In this document: positions 47,486 through 62,400 of the stretch, piece after piece
Numbering within the stretch: position 1 is the first letter of the stretch
How the letters are laid out: every line of letters starts with the position of its first letter
Notes under the pieces: generated by a model
Database searches by the model: none
Seen by the model: only the letters and a program-made list of their open reading frames with translations
What the model was told of the DNA's origin: nothing
Assembly (NCBI RefSeq): GCF_001194135.2
Contig: NC_068991.1
Location: 50,608,909 to 50,672,908 of the forward strand
DNA length: 64,000 nt
Origin: Octopus bimaculoides
Taxonomy: Eukaryota
Direction of reading: 5' to 3'
Made by a program: the position numbers and the translations under genes

Positions 47486-50319
47486 GATTGTTAAAAATTT
47501 ATATGTAATAAATTGGTTTACTTCTACAATACACAAAATATCAAAATTTTCATTATACATTTCTTAATGATGTTTAATTATAAAAATACATTAGGATTTT
47601 TTTATATATACAGGGAATGGCTATGGAAGTCCAGAAAAATAAATTAAGAATCAGAAAGATCCATAGCCCCCCCCCCCCACCAAAAGGTTGAGAACCACTG
47701 GGTTAAATGGAACATAAAATGCCATCAAACACACACTGGTTTCAGGACATCCTGCGAAGGTCATAAATTTCTGATTAGATTTTGTACTAATGAATAAATT
47801 TCTAATATTTATTATTTGTGGGAGTAGATTTGGCAAAACTTCAGTTTAGTGCCCATTGATTTTGATTCCTAAAAAATGCATATTTTCTAAGAAAATGTCT
47901 GTACAAGTGTGCCTTCATCCAACTTCATTTCTTCATAACTTTAGCTATAAAGTTTGTTAAATAAATACTGCAGTTCCTCCATTGTAAAATTTATTGAATG
48001 GTTACAGATTGGTTCTTCTGAACATGACTTTGTTTCTTCATAATTTTCAGAAAAATGAATATTCTTCAATGAAATTTTCTACAAATACGTTTCAGATGTA
48101 GATCACATTTATATCAGAATTTAAAGGAAGGGAAAAATTTGTGGAACGCACACATACATACTGTGATGTGCCCCCCACATCTATATATACACAGTGAAAC
48201 TTGAAATTTTAAGAAAATTATATGATATACATCAGTATGTATGTCCATCATTTTTTTTCGCATTAAATTCTGAGATAATCATAATCTACACCAGCTTTAA
48301 AGTATTTCTAGAAAATTTCATTGAAAAAAAAAAAACACATCAACTTTCCTGCAAGTTATGAAGATGCAAAGTCATGTTGGGAAGAAGTAATCTATAACTA
48401 TTCTATAAATTTCACAATGGAGGAACTGTATTATCTATTTAATAAACTCCATAGCTACCTTAGGAAGGTGTCTCATATATTGTATGTGTCCAAAGTTCAA
48501 ATTCTGGCTAGGTTGACTTACCATTTCATCCTTTTGGGGTCGATAAAATAAGTACCAGTGAAACACTGGAGTTGATGTAATCGACTAGCCCCCTCCCCCA
48601 AATTTCAGGTCTTGTTCCTTTAGCAGAAAGGATTATCATCATTATTATTATTAAGGCAGTGAGCTGGCAGAACCTCAGCACGCCAATTAACATGCTTTGT
48701 GGCATTTTGTCTGTCTTTACAATCTGAATTCAAATTCTGCCAAGGTTGACTTTGCTTTCATCCCTTCAGGGTCAATGTAAACAGTACATTGACCCAGTTG
48801 AGTAGGGAGGTCAACGCAATTGACTAGGTCCCATCCCCAAAAATTTCAAACCTTGTGCCTATAGTAACAAGGCTTGTACTGGCTGAAAAGAGGCAAGATT
48901 GGAAGGGGGTGTTTAGATTCAATATTCCTCCATTTATTATTACTGAGTCAGCCAAAAGGTGTTTTCTATTGTTATTTCAAATACTTCCCTTACATATTTC
49001 ATCCTCAGTTTTAATCATTCATTTACACCATAATCCATACCAGTAATGATCAACTGACTTCCATTTTCCCTGCCTTTCATCATCATCATTGTTTAATGTC
49101 TGCCTTTCATGCTGGCATTGGTTGGACAGTTTGACTGCACTAGACTTCTGTGTGTTTTGGCACAGTTTTTACGGCTGGATGCCCTTCCTAACACCAACCA
49201 CCCAGCAAAGAGGACTGAATGCCTTTCCAAATGCCAACCACTTTACAGCATGAACTGGATGCTTTTTACATGGCACCAGCAGCTACACTCTCGAAGTGGT
49301 TGGCGTTAGGAAGGGCATCCAGCTGTAGAAACTCTGCCAGATCAGATTGGAGCCTGGTGCAGCCTTCTGGCTTGCCAGTCCTCAGTCAAACCGTCCAACC
49401 CATGCTAGCATAGACAGCAGACATTAAACGATGATGATGATGATGATGACCAGCACTGGCAGTGTCACCAAGTATCTTGCTGTAGATGAAGTACATGGTT
49501 ACCCGGCCAGAGAGACAGGGAATGAGGACAGAAATAGATGTGCTGCTGTTAAGGAGATACATGGCTAACCAACCTGAGGGAAGAGCAAGAATGCAAAAGA
49601 GAGCAGAAGATGGTGAAGTGCCACAAGGAATGGAGATCAAGATATAAATGGGATGGTAGAAAGATAGATGGTAGCAAGTGCCAGGGTATACTCTCATGGT
49701 ATGGAGGTCATAATATAAGTGACATCAATTGCCCAAAATATGCTAGGCCAGAGTTAACAGTGTCTGCACGTATTTCAGTCTACTGCATTCCACTTTTGTC
49801 AGTATATTCCTGGGTCCTCCCAGGCAACATGTTGCACAGAGTCCTACTCAGTCCCCATCTCCCAAGAGATACTTCCTTATCTGCCATGACCATGAGGCAT
49901 GTGGTTGGACAACATGAACCATCAACCCAGTTGAATCCTCAGTGAAGAGAACACAGTAAGCAGGGTCTAACTCGGAAATATCAAGCAATATGGCCAAACG
50001 GTCTGAGCTGGCACTTCCACATCATACAATAAACAGGACGCATCCTAGTTACTGAGTTAGAATCTGAAGTCTTAAAAAAAAAGATTTGAACTAGCATAAT
50101 TATTTTCTTTATAGAAAGCTAAGCTTTTTAATTAAATCAATTAGCTATACTCTTTACTCTACTCTTTCACTTGTTTCAGTCATTTGACTGCGGCCATGCT
50201 GGAGCACTGCCTTTAGTTGAGCAAATCGACCCCAGGACTTATTCTCATACTGTCATATTTCACAGTCATCACAACTAAAAAATTCCAATAATAAAGTTCC
50301 ATAATAAATTTTAGGAATA

Positions 50320-50640
50320 TTATTTTATTTTATTTTTTTTAGAACTGTGTAAATTAGACACTTTTGATTTTATTGAACGAACAAGACTGTCTAAAGATTG
50401 TTCACCAGTTGAGTGTGAGTTTGTGGCATTCATCTGTGAATAATTTTCAGAAGAGCCTGAAATATCACTGGAATTCTTGCGTTTTGTGGTTGTTTGTGTT
50501 CTTTCGTTATAGCGCCGCCGAAGTTTCTCTTCAATCAACTCCTCCATTCCAGCACTCTTCTTATAGTCAGGAGCAGATTTATCAATATTATAGTGACCAG
50601 ACGTGAAAACTGCATCAAACCGTTTATCATTTACATCAAT
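50320..50640 (-). CDS. ESF1: ESF1 last coding exon, NUC153 domain ([20 protein letters not shown]...KNKIK*)
   Basis: ttgtag acceptor at 50641; in frame with ORF 50320..50547. Confidence 0.95.
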   Translation of the reverse strand: MDVNDKRFDAVFTSGHYNIDKSAPDYKKSAGMEELIEEKLRRRYNERTQTTTKRKNSSDISGSSENYSQMNATNSHSTGEQSLDSLVRSIKSKVSNLHSSKKNKIK

Positions 50641-50847
50641 CTACAAGAAAATAAAAGTGTCTTAGAAATATCAAGCTGTGCCATGTATCTTAATTATAAG
50701 TAATTCTATGATAGAATTCATTAAGTTCTTTGTTACAAAAAAGCAGTAATTAGTAAATTTGATTTTCTTTTGCTATACACATCATTCTATGAATATCATA
50801 ATTAACTAACTTGATAGAGAATAAGGCATTTGGTCAAAGGGTTAATG

Positions 50848-50879
<32 letters not shown>

Positions 50880-50902
50880 GTATATATATATATATATGTC
50901 TG

Positions 50903-50980
<78 letters not shown>

Positions 50981-53341
50981 TAATCATTAACACTCTCACC
51001 AAATGCCTTATTCTCTGTATAGATAATAATGGTCTACACCCTCTCCAGTACAGCATAACCTAAGAGACTGCTTAATTCTCAATTGGGCAGCTCTTTATAA
51101 ATAGGCATCCTGCATAAGTGCTACTCAAACAGTTGTGCCAACAGACATAAGGAGTATTTGGTCAGCTTGTAGTGTTGAGTTCAAAGCCCCAGTGGGCCCA
51201 AAAATAAACAACTACAAGACAAGGAGGGAACCTCTATGTGGTTGCACAATCTATGAGAAACAGCAGCCAAATATCTCTCAAATCATATCCTTCTGCTTTA
51301 AAAAGAAAAGGATAGATTAGATAATGTAGTCATAGATATCTCCAAACCGATGAGATGTTCATGAATGGAATGTCACTGACCAGAAATCTACTCAACCATA
51401 GTTGACCAGAAGCTAAAACAACAAAGAAGAAATATTTACCTTGAAATCATCATCTATTTTTGATTTCTGCTGCTTCAGTTTCTTCTTGGACTTTTTCTTT
51501 TTGTCTACTTTTCTTCCTTCAATATAGTCTTCAAAATCAAAGTGATGCTTAGTCTTCTTCTCCTCACCATCATTATCATCAGCCATCAGTAAAGCAAGCT
51601 CTTCCTGCAACAAGTCAAACATCTCAAGAATTACTCTATAAGCATGCATATTAAAATTACTAAGTTGTTGTTGGCATTCCATCGCTTATGACGTTGAGGG
51701 TTCCAGTTGATCCGATCAACGGAACAGCCTGCTCGTGAAATTAACGTGCAAGTGGCTGAGCACTCCACAGGCACGTGCCCTTAACATAGTTCTCGGGGAT
51801 ATTCAGTGTGGCACAGTGTGACAAGGCTGACCTTTTGAATTACAGGCACAACAGAAACAGGAAGTAAGAGTGAGAGAAAGTTGTAGTGAAAGAGTACAGC
51901 AGGGTTTGCCACCATCCTCTGCCAGAGTCTCGTGGAGCTTTAGGTGTTTTTGCTCAATAAACACTCACAACGCCCGGTCTGGGAATCGAAACTGCGATCC
52001 TATGACCGCGTGTCCACTACCCTAACCACTGGGCCATTGCGCCTCCAAAATTACTAAGTAAATCATTATTATTATTAGGGTGGTGAGCTGACAGAATTGT
52101 TAGTGCACTGGGACAAAATGCTTAGTGGCATTTCTTCTGGCTTTACATTTTGAGTTCAAATTCGACCAAGGTCAGCCTTGCTTTCCATCCTTTCAGGGTC
52201 AATAAAATAAGTACCAGTTGAAAACTGGGGTCGATGTAATCAACTTACACTCTCCCCTAAATTTGAAATCATTATCATTATTTTGCCATGGTTGGCTTTG
52301 CCTTTCATCATTTCGAGGTCAATAAAATAAGTACCAGCTGAGCACTGGGGTTGATGTAATTGACTAGTGCCTTACTCCCAAAGTTCAGGCCTTGTGTCTA
52401 TAGTAAAAAGAATTATTATTATTATGGTGTTGAGCTGGCAGAATCGTAAGTGCATTGGAGAAAATGTTTAGCGCTATTTCTCCCAGCTCTTTACATTCTG
52501 AGTTCAAGTACTGGAGTTAATGGAATCAATCATCATCTATTAAAATTGTTGGCCATATGCCAAAATTTGAAACCATTATTATTATTAGTCTCAAACTTTT
52601 CGTCTGGTTTATAAAATCTTTGTGTTTTATCTCTCCAAACAACCAGAGGAACCCAATAATAGTCAAAACATTAGTTGACTTCTGATTTGGTCTGTTGCAG
52701 TTACAGAAAGAGATGCCATATTTGGTGTCCTCCCCAACCGTCTCACCTTGGTGTCTTTGGTTAAGTAAGAACCCATCCCAGAATTAAGGCTTCTCCACTT
52801 ATTCCCTGCAGACTCCAAGACATTAAAAAGTGTTTCGTTACTACATAACTTCAAGATACAGATAAAAACCAACCCAGTAATGATTAGTTTTCACTGAGGA
52901 ATTCATTTTTGTTAATTGATACACCATTTTGAGCGTGGCCGTTGCCAGTACCGCCTGACTGGCCTTCGTGCCGGTGGCACGTAAAAGCACCTACTACACT
53001 CTCTGAGTGGTTGGCGTTAGGAAGGGCATCCAGCTGTAGAAACTCTGCCAAATCAGATTGGAGCCTGGTCCTCAGTCAAATCGTCTAACCCATGCTAGCA
53101 TGGAAAGCGGATGTTAAACGATGATGATGAAATAGAAGTGAGAAAGAAGTTGTGAAAGGAGCAAATGAAAAACAAAATAAGGATTGGGAGTGGTAGTGTG
53201 GTGGTGGTGGTGATACAATGCTAAAACTTGTTAAATAAGGAAAATACAAATTGCAGATTAGAAAAGAAATATATTCATATATGTTTTGAAAGCTTAAATA
53301 GCTTAAGACCTTAAAGAGAATACTTGATGTTCTCTGTAGGT

Positions 53342-53387
<46 letters not shown>

Positions 53388-56300
53388 GATATAGAAATTG
53401 GTGTCATGTTTGTAGCTACCTTTGCACTACATATTTCTTGAGTTTCCTTCTAGAGGGCAGGATGGAAGTGTTCTAAAATTGCAATTGCTATGTGTGTGGT
53501 TTAAGTTTTAACTTTTACACAATTTTTCATTCTAATTGGCTACAATTTTTCAAAGTTGTTGGTAATGGAGTATGACTATTTTGTTTGTTAGTTTATATAC
53601 TTGTGGTTGCATTTCTAATTACATTCTCATTCATGCTTGTTATATCCATGTAATTAGATAAAGACTCTTTATTACTGTTTCTTTGTTTCTTTAAAAAAGA
53701 AAAAAAAAAAAACTTTAATGAAAACAAAAATTATTTTCAGCAGATTCTGAATCCCTGATGTTCAAAATTTAGTTGACCAAAAATAAAATTTTAAATTTCT
53801 TTTTGTAAGATTACTCAACACTCCATCAGAAAGCATGAGGTAATAAAGGAGAAACTATATGATTAATTGACCAGCTAGAAATAGCAACCAATAAGCCATC
53901 AAAATGACATTATACGATTGAAATACTTAGAACTGTATTTATTTTCCGATTTTAAAAGAATTTATAAATATTTGGGGTATTTTTCAGTAAATTTCATATC
54001 CATTAAGTGTTTGATCAATCATTTTACCAAATTGATTTTTTTGTTATAAATACGTTTTTTTTTTTGCAAGGAAATGTCATACAACCAATATACTTTTCAT
54101 TAAAATACATTTAAACAAAAATAGGTTTTCAATGACTGTACCTAATGCCAAGTCAACAAAGAAAACACAAAACAACAGACTATGAAATAAAATCTTCAGA
54201 TAAACCATTCTAGAACTTTGGAATCAACCCACCTTCTCTTGTTTTTTAAGCTTGATTTCTTGTTCCGTCAGGTTTTCAGTACTATCTTCAGCAAGTTTCT
54301 TCTTTTTCTTCTCCTTTTTCTTTTGAGTTTTAGATTCTGAAAGTATATAATTAAACAATAAATGAGTAATTAATGTTAAACTTTGTAGTTAATTCTTTTA
54401 ATCCTTTTCAAGCATCTCCCCAAGTTATAGATGTGTGTGTGTGTGTGTGTGTAAGGCATCTAAGAGTCCATCAGTCAGGGAAAAATGCATTCATATATCT
54501 GTCAGCAGAGTGGGTATATTAATTGAAGTGTACAGTATTATATATCGATTATGACCAATCTTACCAATTGGTTTTGCACTAGAGGTTCAATGGGGTGTTA
54601 GGTAACAGTCCATTTATGTAACCCTGCACTCCTCAGGGGTAGCTATTATGGAATGAAATAGTCACCATATATCATTCCACAATGGCTACCTCTGAAGGGT
54701 GTAGGGTTACATAACCAAACTGTTACCTGACACTCTGTTGAAGCCCTAGTGCAAAACCAATCAGTAAGAGCAGCAGTTATGGATATACAATACTGTACAC
54801 TTTGATTAATATAGATGTCTTGGCTATAGCCTAGTCCACTGTATAGTTAACCAGGTGATACATAAAGGGGTCATACTCAATGACTGGTGTAGCAGCACCA
54901 TAGTCAACTGCTACAAAGGTAAAGGTGACACTTTAGATACAAATAATTAGAGAGTTATCAAGTGGTTGGAAAGGGCATCCAGCTGTAGAAACTCTGCCAG
55001 ATCAAATTGGAGCCTAGTGCAGACATCTGGTTTGCCAGTCCTCAGTCAAATCGTTCAACCCATGCCAGCATGGAAAACAGACGATGTGTGTGTGTGTGTG
55101 CGCGTGTGAAGGCAAAAATCTATTAATACAAAGAGTTAATTTCAGTTTTCATATTTACAGTTATACCTTGTCAAACTACAGGTGCTATTAGTTTCATGGT
55201 TGCTCAAACTTTATCACTCAACCAGATTCTTTCTGTAGTGTTCAAGCAACAGTCAAAAGCTGACAATGCTACAGCTCAGTACATTTTTACTATTTCTCAA
55301 TACTATCACCTTGCAGTCACCGACCCCATCTTAATTAGTCCCTCTATAATAGAAAAAATGACACAAACTATGAACCAACTGATAACTGTCAATGGAATTT
55401 CTTTGATAATTTAGAAATAAAGAATGAAGTTAAACTCACTTTTATTGCTGTCAAATTTGAGTTCACTGCTGAAATAAGGATCGTTTAAGTCTACATCAGA
55501 TGGCATATCATCGTCACTCAACAAGGTTTTCTCCTCAGAAGTTTCTTTTTTAGCAGCAGCCTGAAACACACCAAAAAATAGAACAGCCATAGAGCCGAAA
55601 GAACTTTGACAAAAACAAATGAAATATAATATTCAAACCATAAAAATATAAAAAGGGAAATGTTGATCTTGGCAAGAAACGAATACATATCAATTTGGTA
55701 TTAAAGCAAATAAAATAAAATCTAAGGGAAATTAATGGGGGTAGTGGTTGTGGCAGCAAATATTTATCCACAAAAGAATCTGTAGACATGGAGTTGAGTT
55801 AAAGAATGCAAAAAAAAAAAAAAAAAAAATCTAATGTTTCAGTCAGTTATCTTTCTTCAGAGAGAGAAAGATGGAGACTATAGGGAAATGTTACTTTAGT
55901 CACAATTTGGCAACCAAAGCTGTAATATTTGTATATATTCTCACTCAATGAGACATGAGAGACTTTTATTCCTCATGACAAGTCAAATGAAATCCACAAA
56001 TAGCAAGGAGAATCCCATCAAATGTGAAAAATATCTGGCAGTAAAAATAATACTGATCATATAACTATTGCTATGAATGGTCATATTATCATTTCCTGAT
56101 CACAAGAACATTATTTAACCATATTAAATATACTAGTCACAGAGCAGTTGATTGGACATACACACACACTATATAGATATTTCTTTTACATCTTTCCAGT
56201 GAAACTCTTTTCAATGCGGATTGTATATATTTTACTTACAAGAGGGTTTTCTGATTGCAAAAAAAAAACATGGTGGTGCTATCTCTAGAAAAATTTGAGT

Positions 56301-59300
56301 TTCTAACATAAAAAGAGAGCCAATGTTTCTTAACTGCTTAACTATAAAATGTGAGAGGAAGAAGTTGTCAAATTGCTTATCTAAGATCTCCTTCAAATGA
56401 TACAATGTAGTGTTTCCTTCTTACTTCAAATGAGAAAACAAACTACACAGCATTCTAATAAAATACTTGTCAAGTATAGCGATCTTGTTATTGTTCCAGC
56501 TGTACCCAAGCATAACATTTACATAAAGATAGATTGATAGAAGTAGTGAGATTAACTGGGTGACAGCAAACATGCAGCATTGCATTGGTAGTGGAATACA
56601 AAACAGTTGAAACTTCAGTCAACAATCTGATATCCATTTAACCAGACTAGATGTAATTCTCCGAGATGGTGTCTTGAGAGGAAGAAATGGTAAAAAAAAA
56701 AAAAATTGCTGAGACTACCTTTCGTGCCGATTTTTTCTCTTTCCGTTTTGCTTTTACTTTGTCAAGGTAATCCAACCATGGAGTTGAATTCTGTTTCTTA
56801 CTTCTTTGCTTGAGAAGGCTTTCAGTCTTTTCTTTCAGGCCTTAAATAAAATTAAAAACTTATGTTGCTACAATGTGAACATCTCATAGTAAAGAAACAT
56901 TTTAAAATAATCTTAGTAAGATCAAAAGAGATAGCTTTTTAACCCATTACCTACCAGGGATCTCATATGAGATCACTTAAAAATTACAAATTTCGTAATT
57001 ATCTGTCAATATTTACACATATCTAACCTTTTTGCTATATCTACTAGGTATATTTCTCTGATATTCAAATGAGGTTTGCTAATTTTTCACCCAATATCTC
57101 GCTTATTTCTATTTAAAATGTTATTTTGATCATTCCAGCGTGTTTCTAAGGCTGTTTTATGCTAGAAATCAAAGTTTCATAAAAAAATTCCAGTTAATAG
57201 AATTATGGGAAGTAATGGGTGCTTTTTATGTGGTACTAGCACCCACACCACATAAACATGGCACCTTGGTTTTGATGCCAACCATTACTTGTTTTACCAT
57301 TAAGATACTTTATTTCACATCATCTGTAGAAACCACCGTTACTGGAGACATAACATCAATGTTGAAGTGGTATCGAACATTTACAACAATTCACTTTCCA
57401 CCCCAACCACCTACATAAAGGTATAATCAACCTGATCATTAGAAACATTAATTCTATACCTGGCTCCCATGTTATTTCCATTTCAACATTTCCTTGCTTC
57501 TTCTTCATCCTTTCTGTGGCAGCTTCAAGCAACTTTTTATATTTGTTCATTTTCTCTTCTCTTCCTTCTTCGTTTTCACTATCACTTTTAGCAGAATGGT
57601 CATCGTCATCACTTCCTATAGCATCAAGTCCTGCAAAAACACAAAACAACAAAGACATCTCTTATTGGTGCCACAATCTTCATTGATATAGACAAGAAAT
57701 GGGACATCAACAAAATATAATCTAAACATCACTAATCAGCCAGGGTAGATTTAGACCAATGGTTCCCAAACTTTTCTGGGCTGCTGTCTCCTTGGCTCCA
57801 AAGCCACATTCCTAGCAACGCTCCCCTCCCCCCATCATCATCACAAATTCAATACAACTGTATTTCACAAATAAAACCTAAGCTAATTAACCTGTTATTT
57901 CATTGTCTTTACATCCATTGCCCTCTATTTGCCACCTCATTATCACCCTACTTTTCTTTACCGTCCCCCACCCCCAGGGAGACACTGCCCACTTTGGAAG
58001 CCACTGGTTTAGACCAAAGTGTGAAGGATATGTGTAACAGTTTGTTCTACATAATGAGATAATTAAGCAGCAACTTAGTAAATACCTTGTTAATTGTGAG
58101 AAATTCCATGATAATTACTCTTAGCTTACATGAGGGTTACATCGAATTAGTTAAACTACATGTTACTAATTGTGCAATAATAGGCGCAGGAGTGGCTGTG
58201 TGGTAAGTAGCTTGCTTACCAACCACATGGTTCCGGGTTCAGCCCCACTGCGTGGCACCTCGGGCAAGTCTCTACTACTATAGCCTCAGGTCAACCAAAG
58301 CCTTGTGAGTAGATTTGGTAGACAGAAACTGAAAGAAGCCCATCGTATATATGTATATGAATGTATATGTATGTATGTGTGTGCATATGTTTGTCCCCCC
58401 CCAACATCACTTGACAACCGATGCTGGTGTGTTTACGTCCCCATAACTTAGCAGTTCGTCGAAAGAGACCAATAGAATAAGTACCAGGCTTACAAAGAAT
58501 AAGTCCTGGGGTCGATTTGCTCGACTAAAGGCAGTGCTCCAGCATGGCCACAGTCAAATGACTTAAACAAATAAAAGAGTAAAAAGAGTTAATAATCATA
58601 TCTTTGACTAATTGCTTGATGTCATTAATCCTAGGAAAGATTAAAAAATGAGACCTTCATTTTCAGAGTCATCAGAACTTGAAGCCAAATAAGCTTTGAA
58701 GTCATCCATTATCNNNNNNNNNNNNNNNNNNNNNNNNNNNNNNNNNNNNNNNNNNNNNNNNNNNNNNNNNNNNNNNNNNNNNNNNNNNNNNNNNNNNNNN
58801 NNNNNNNNNNNNNNNNNNNNNNNNNNNNNNNNNNNNNNNNNNNNNNNNNNNNNNNNNNNNNNNNNNNNNNNNNNNNNNNNNNNNNNNNNNNNNNNNNNNN
58901 NNNNNNNNNNNNNNNNNNNNNNNNNNNNNNNNNNNNNNNNNNNNNNNNNNNNNNNNNNNNNNNNNNNNNNNNNNNNNNNNNNNNNNNNNNNNNNNNNNNN
59001 NNNNNNNNNNNNNNNNNNNNNNNNNNNNNNNNNNNNNNNNNNNNNNNNNNNNNNNNNNNNNNNNNNNNNNNNNNNNNNNNNNNNNNNNNNNNNNNNNNNN
59101 NNNNNNNNNNNNNNNNNNNNNNNNNNNNNNNNNNNNNNNNGTTTAAGAACTTCAAAATAAAATATATATTAATAACCAGTGGTTTTCAGAACAGGTGGCA
59201 GCTGCTGTTAATATATTAAAGAAGAACCAATTCTAATGAGTGGGGAAATGAATGGGAGAAGGGCTGCAGGGTTAACAAATTTACACTGAAATCGGGTATT

Positions 59301-59368
59301 TCCAGACCTGATCCTCCTGCACATCAAATGTCTTTTATTGGAAACTTGGGGTGACCAATCACTTGGTT

Positions 59369-59402
<34 letters not shown>

Positions 59403-62400
59403 TACACACACATACATATATATTGTATGTGTGTGTATATATATATCTTATCTTTTACTTGTTTCAGTTGTTTGATTGTGGCTGTGCTGGGACATTGTCA
59501 AGATTTGAAACCAATGTATTTGGTCTGACATAGAAAGAAATCTATTGTGGGGTGAAAAGGAGATTGCAACACTTGAATATATTTTAAAAATTGATTTCCT
59601 TGATCTTGTTGAAATGAATAGTAAGAATTGAACTCATCAACACAGAATAATGAATTAGATGTGCTAAGGAATTCATTTTAAATCTTTAGTCATAAGCATT
59701 TCAACTTTTACAAAGTATCTAAATATAGAAAAACAACAACAGACAAATAGAAAATAATACAAAAAAAGAATAACTCCCTGTCTTTTATCTTCTGTTTGCG
59801 TCAGTCATCAGACTATGACTATGCTGGGGCACTGTTTTGAAGAATTTTTAATCAAATGAATCAACCCCAGTACTTGACTTTTTTTAAGTCTAGTACTTCT
59901 ATCAGTTTCTTTTGCCGAACCACTAAGTTACAAGAATGTAAATATACCAACACTCGTTGTCAATTGGTAGTGGGGGACAAGCACAGACATATATATAAAT
60001 ATACATATATCATGTAAAAGTACCCACTACACTCTCTGAGTGGTTGGCGTTAGGAAGGGCATCCAGCTGTAGAAACTCTGCCAGATCAGATTGGAGCCTG
60101 GTGTAACCACCTGGTTCACCAGTCCTCAGTCAAATCGTCCAACCCATGCTAGCATGGAAAGCGGACGTTAAACGATGATGATGATATATATATATACACA
60201 TACAACAAGCTTCTTTCAGTTTCTGCCTACCAAATCCACTCACAAGGCTTTGGTCAGCCCATGGCTATAGTAGAAGACACATGCCCAAAGTGCCATGCAG
60301 TCGGACTGAACCTGGAACCATGTCATCAGGAAGCAAGCTTCTTACAACACAGCCATGCCTGCATCTTCTGTATCAAGAATAATAGAATTATGAAAATCTA
60401 AACGGTTCTGTGAGGATGTTGAGTTTGTGGTAACTTGAAATGAATTTATTTTACCGTAGAGGCACTCATAGCATTGTTCACAAATTGGTTTGGTCTGTAT
60501 TGGTCTTTGGAAGGCATCTCAGTGCAAACATCTCGAGCAGTCTCAGTAAATCCCATATGAGCAGGTATAAATCTGAAAATTGCAGAAAGATTGTTGACAC
60601 TAAAATATCGAAAGACCAAAAATTTGAATATCAAATACTATAATATCAAGGGATTCAAATGCAGTTATTTTAGGGGAAAATGGTAAAAGCTATTGATTTC
60701 TTTTTATTGGTTTGCCTTGACAACTTCTGTAGTGGAAGTTGTAATCAACTGAATTGAAAATGACCCTGAAAAACTAACTCACATGGGAGAAAGTCTGAAT
60801 ATGACTCTTTTAATTATTCCACTGACCCCAACTTTATCAACAAATAAAAAACAAAGTGAATCTCAGTGGGGTTTGAACCCAGAAACAGGAAAAAAAAAAA
60901 AAAAAGATTACATATGAGATAATTTGTCCCTCCTTAACTATGTGTAAAAGTTCTCATGGCTTTGTTAATTACAAATAAATAAATTAGAAATACTAATCGA
61001 GGAATTAAAATGAAATTTTTTATATTACTTACCGCATATCAAAGCAGGTCCTACTTTGTTCATATTCAGTGCCATCAAGTTCATTATAAAGATAATTGGC
61101 AGTGTCCTCACAATCACATTCCACCACAGAATAATAATATTTCATTCGATTTATTTCATATTGACGTAACTTTTCATTATGGAAAGTATTTCCTACAAAC
61201 ACATAAACAGTGAAGCAAACTCAAATACTAGTTTAATACAGTATATATTAAAATATGTACATATAATAAATATTACTATATTATATGTATATAATATAGT
61301 CATTGGACACAAAACTCAGCTTGTGAAGACCTGTTGGGGCAAGTGAAAGCGAAATCGCGATGGCGCCTGCGCCCAGCGTCACCTTTCTGGAACTTGTACC
61401 CACGGCATGTGTAAGGACTTTCGAGCGAGATCGTTGCCAGTGCCGCTGAACTGGCTCGTGCGGGTGGCACATAAAATACATCATTTTGAGTGTGGCCGTT
61501 GCCAGTCCCGCCTGACTGGCCTTCATGCTGGTGGCACATAAAAGCACCCACTACACTCTCGGAATGGTTGGCGTTAGGAAGGGCATCCAGCTGTAGAAAC
61601 TCTGCCAAATCAGATTGGGCCTGGTGTAGCCATCTAGTTTCACCAGTCCTCAGTCAAATCGTCCAACCCATGCTAGCATGGAAAGCGGATGTTAAACGAC
61701 GATGATGATGATGATGATGAACGGTTAATAAATCTAAATCTGTAAAGACAATCAAGCAATTACCTTCTTCAGCTTCACTGTCATTGTTCTCATCATCTGA
61801 CATGTCTTTTACTATTTCAGCAAGTTCAGGTGGGCCTTTCAGGTTTTCCTCTTCCATTCTCTTCAGTCCAAACTCTGATGGATAGATCTACAAAAACAAA
61901 TTACATATTTAAACTACTTTTGTAGCTTTTAAATGATAGCACAATAGCTGTGACCTTTGACACCACACCCACAGCTGTCTGAAGTAATATAGATTGAGGT
62001 CTTTGAATGTCACTGTCAGAAACAACACAACACCATGATGCTACTAAATATGCAACTGACCCAATAAGCAGTAGCTTTCAGTATTTTAAATAATTATTTA
62101 CTTCAAGGATAGAAATATAAAGGATTTTCCTAATCCAGCTATACAATGGGATTATATGAAAACAAATTTGATAAATTTCAAAACTGTTTAACAAGTTCAG
62201 TTGATTCTGAAGTGGTATTGGAAAGTGAAACAACTACAAAGTAATGGAGAGGCAACATTTACCTAGAATGCACACACAAACACACACTTATCACTGTATT
62301 TAGTTGGTTTCATTTGGTAATAACTATTTAACCCTTTAGCATTCTGTCAAATGTAATATTTATTTATTCAAACTGTCTTGACTCATTCATGTATCATTTT

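Noticed and set aside
51975-52046. tRNA-like sequences (also 7712-7790 and 58180-58260)
   Set aside because: These are SINE heads: they continue into repeat bodies and lack a proper cloverleaf.
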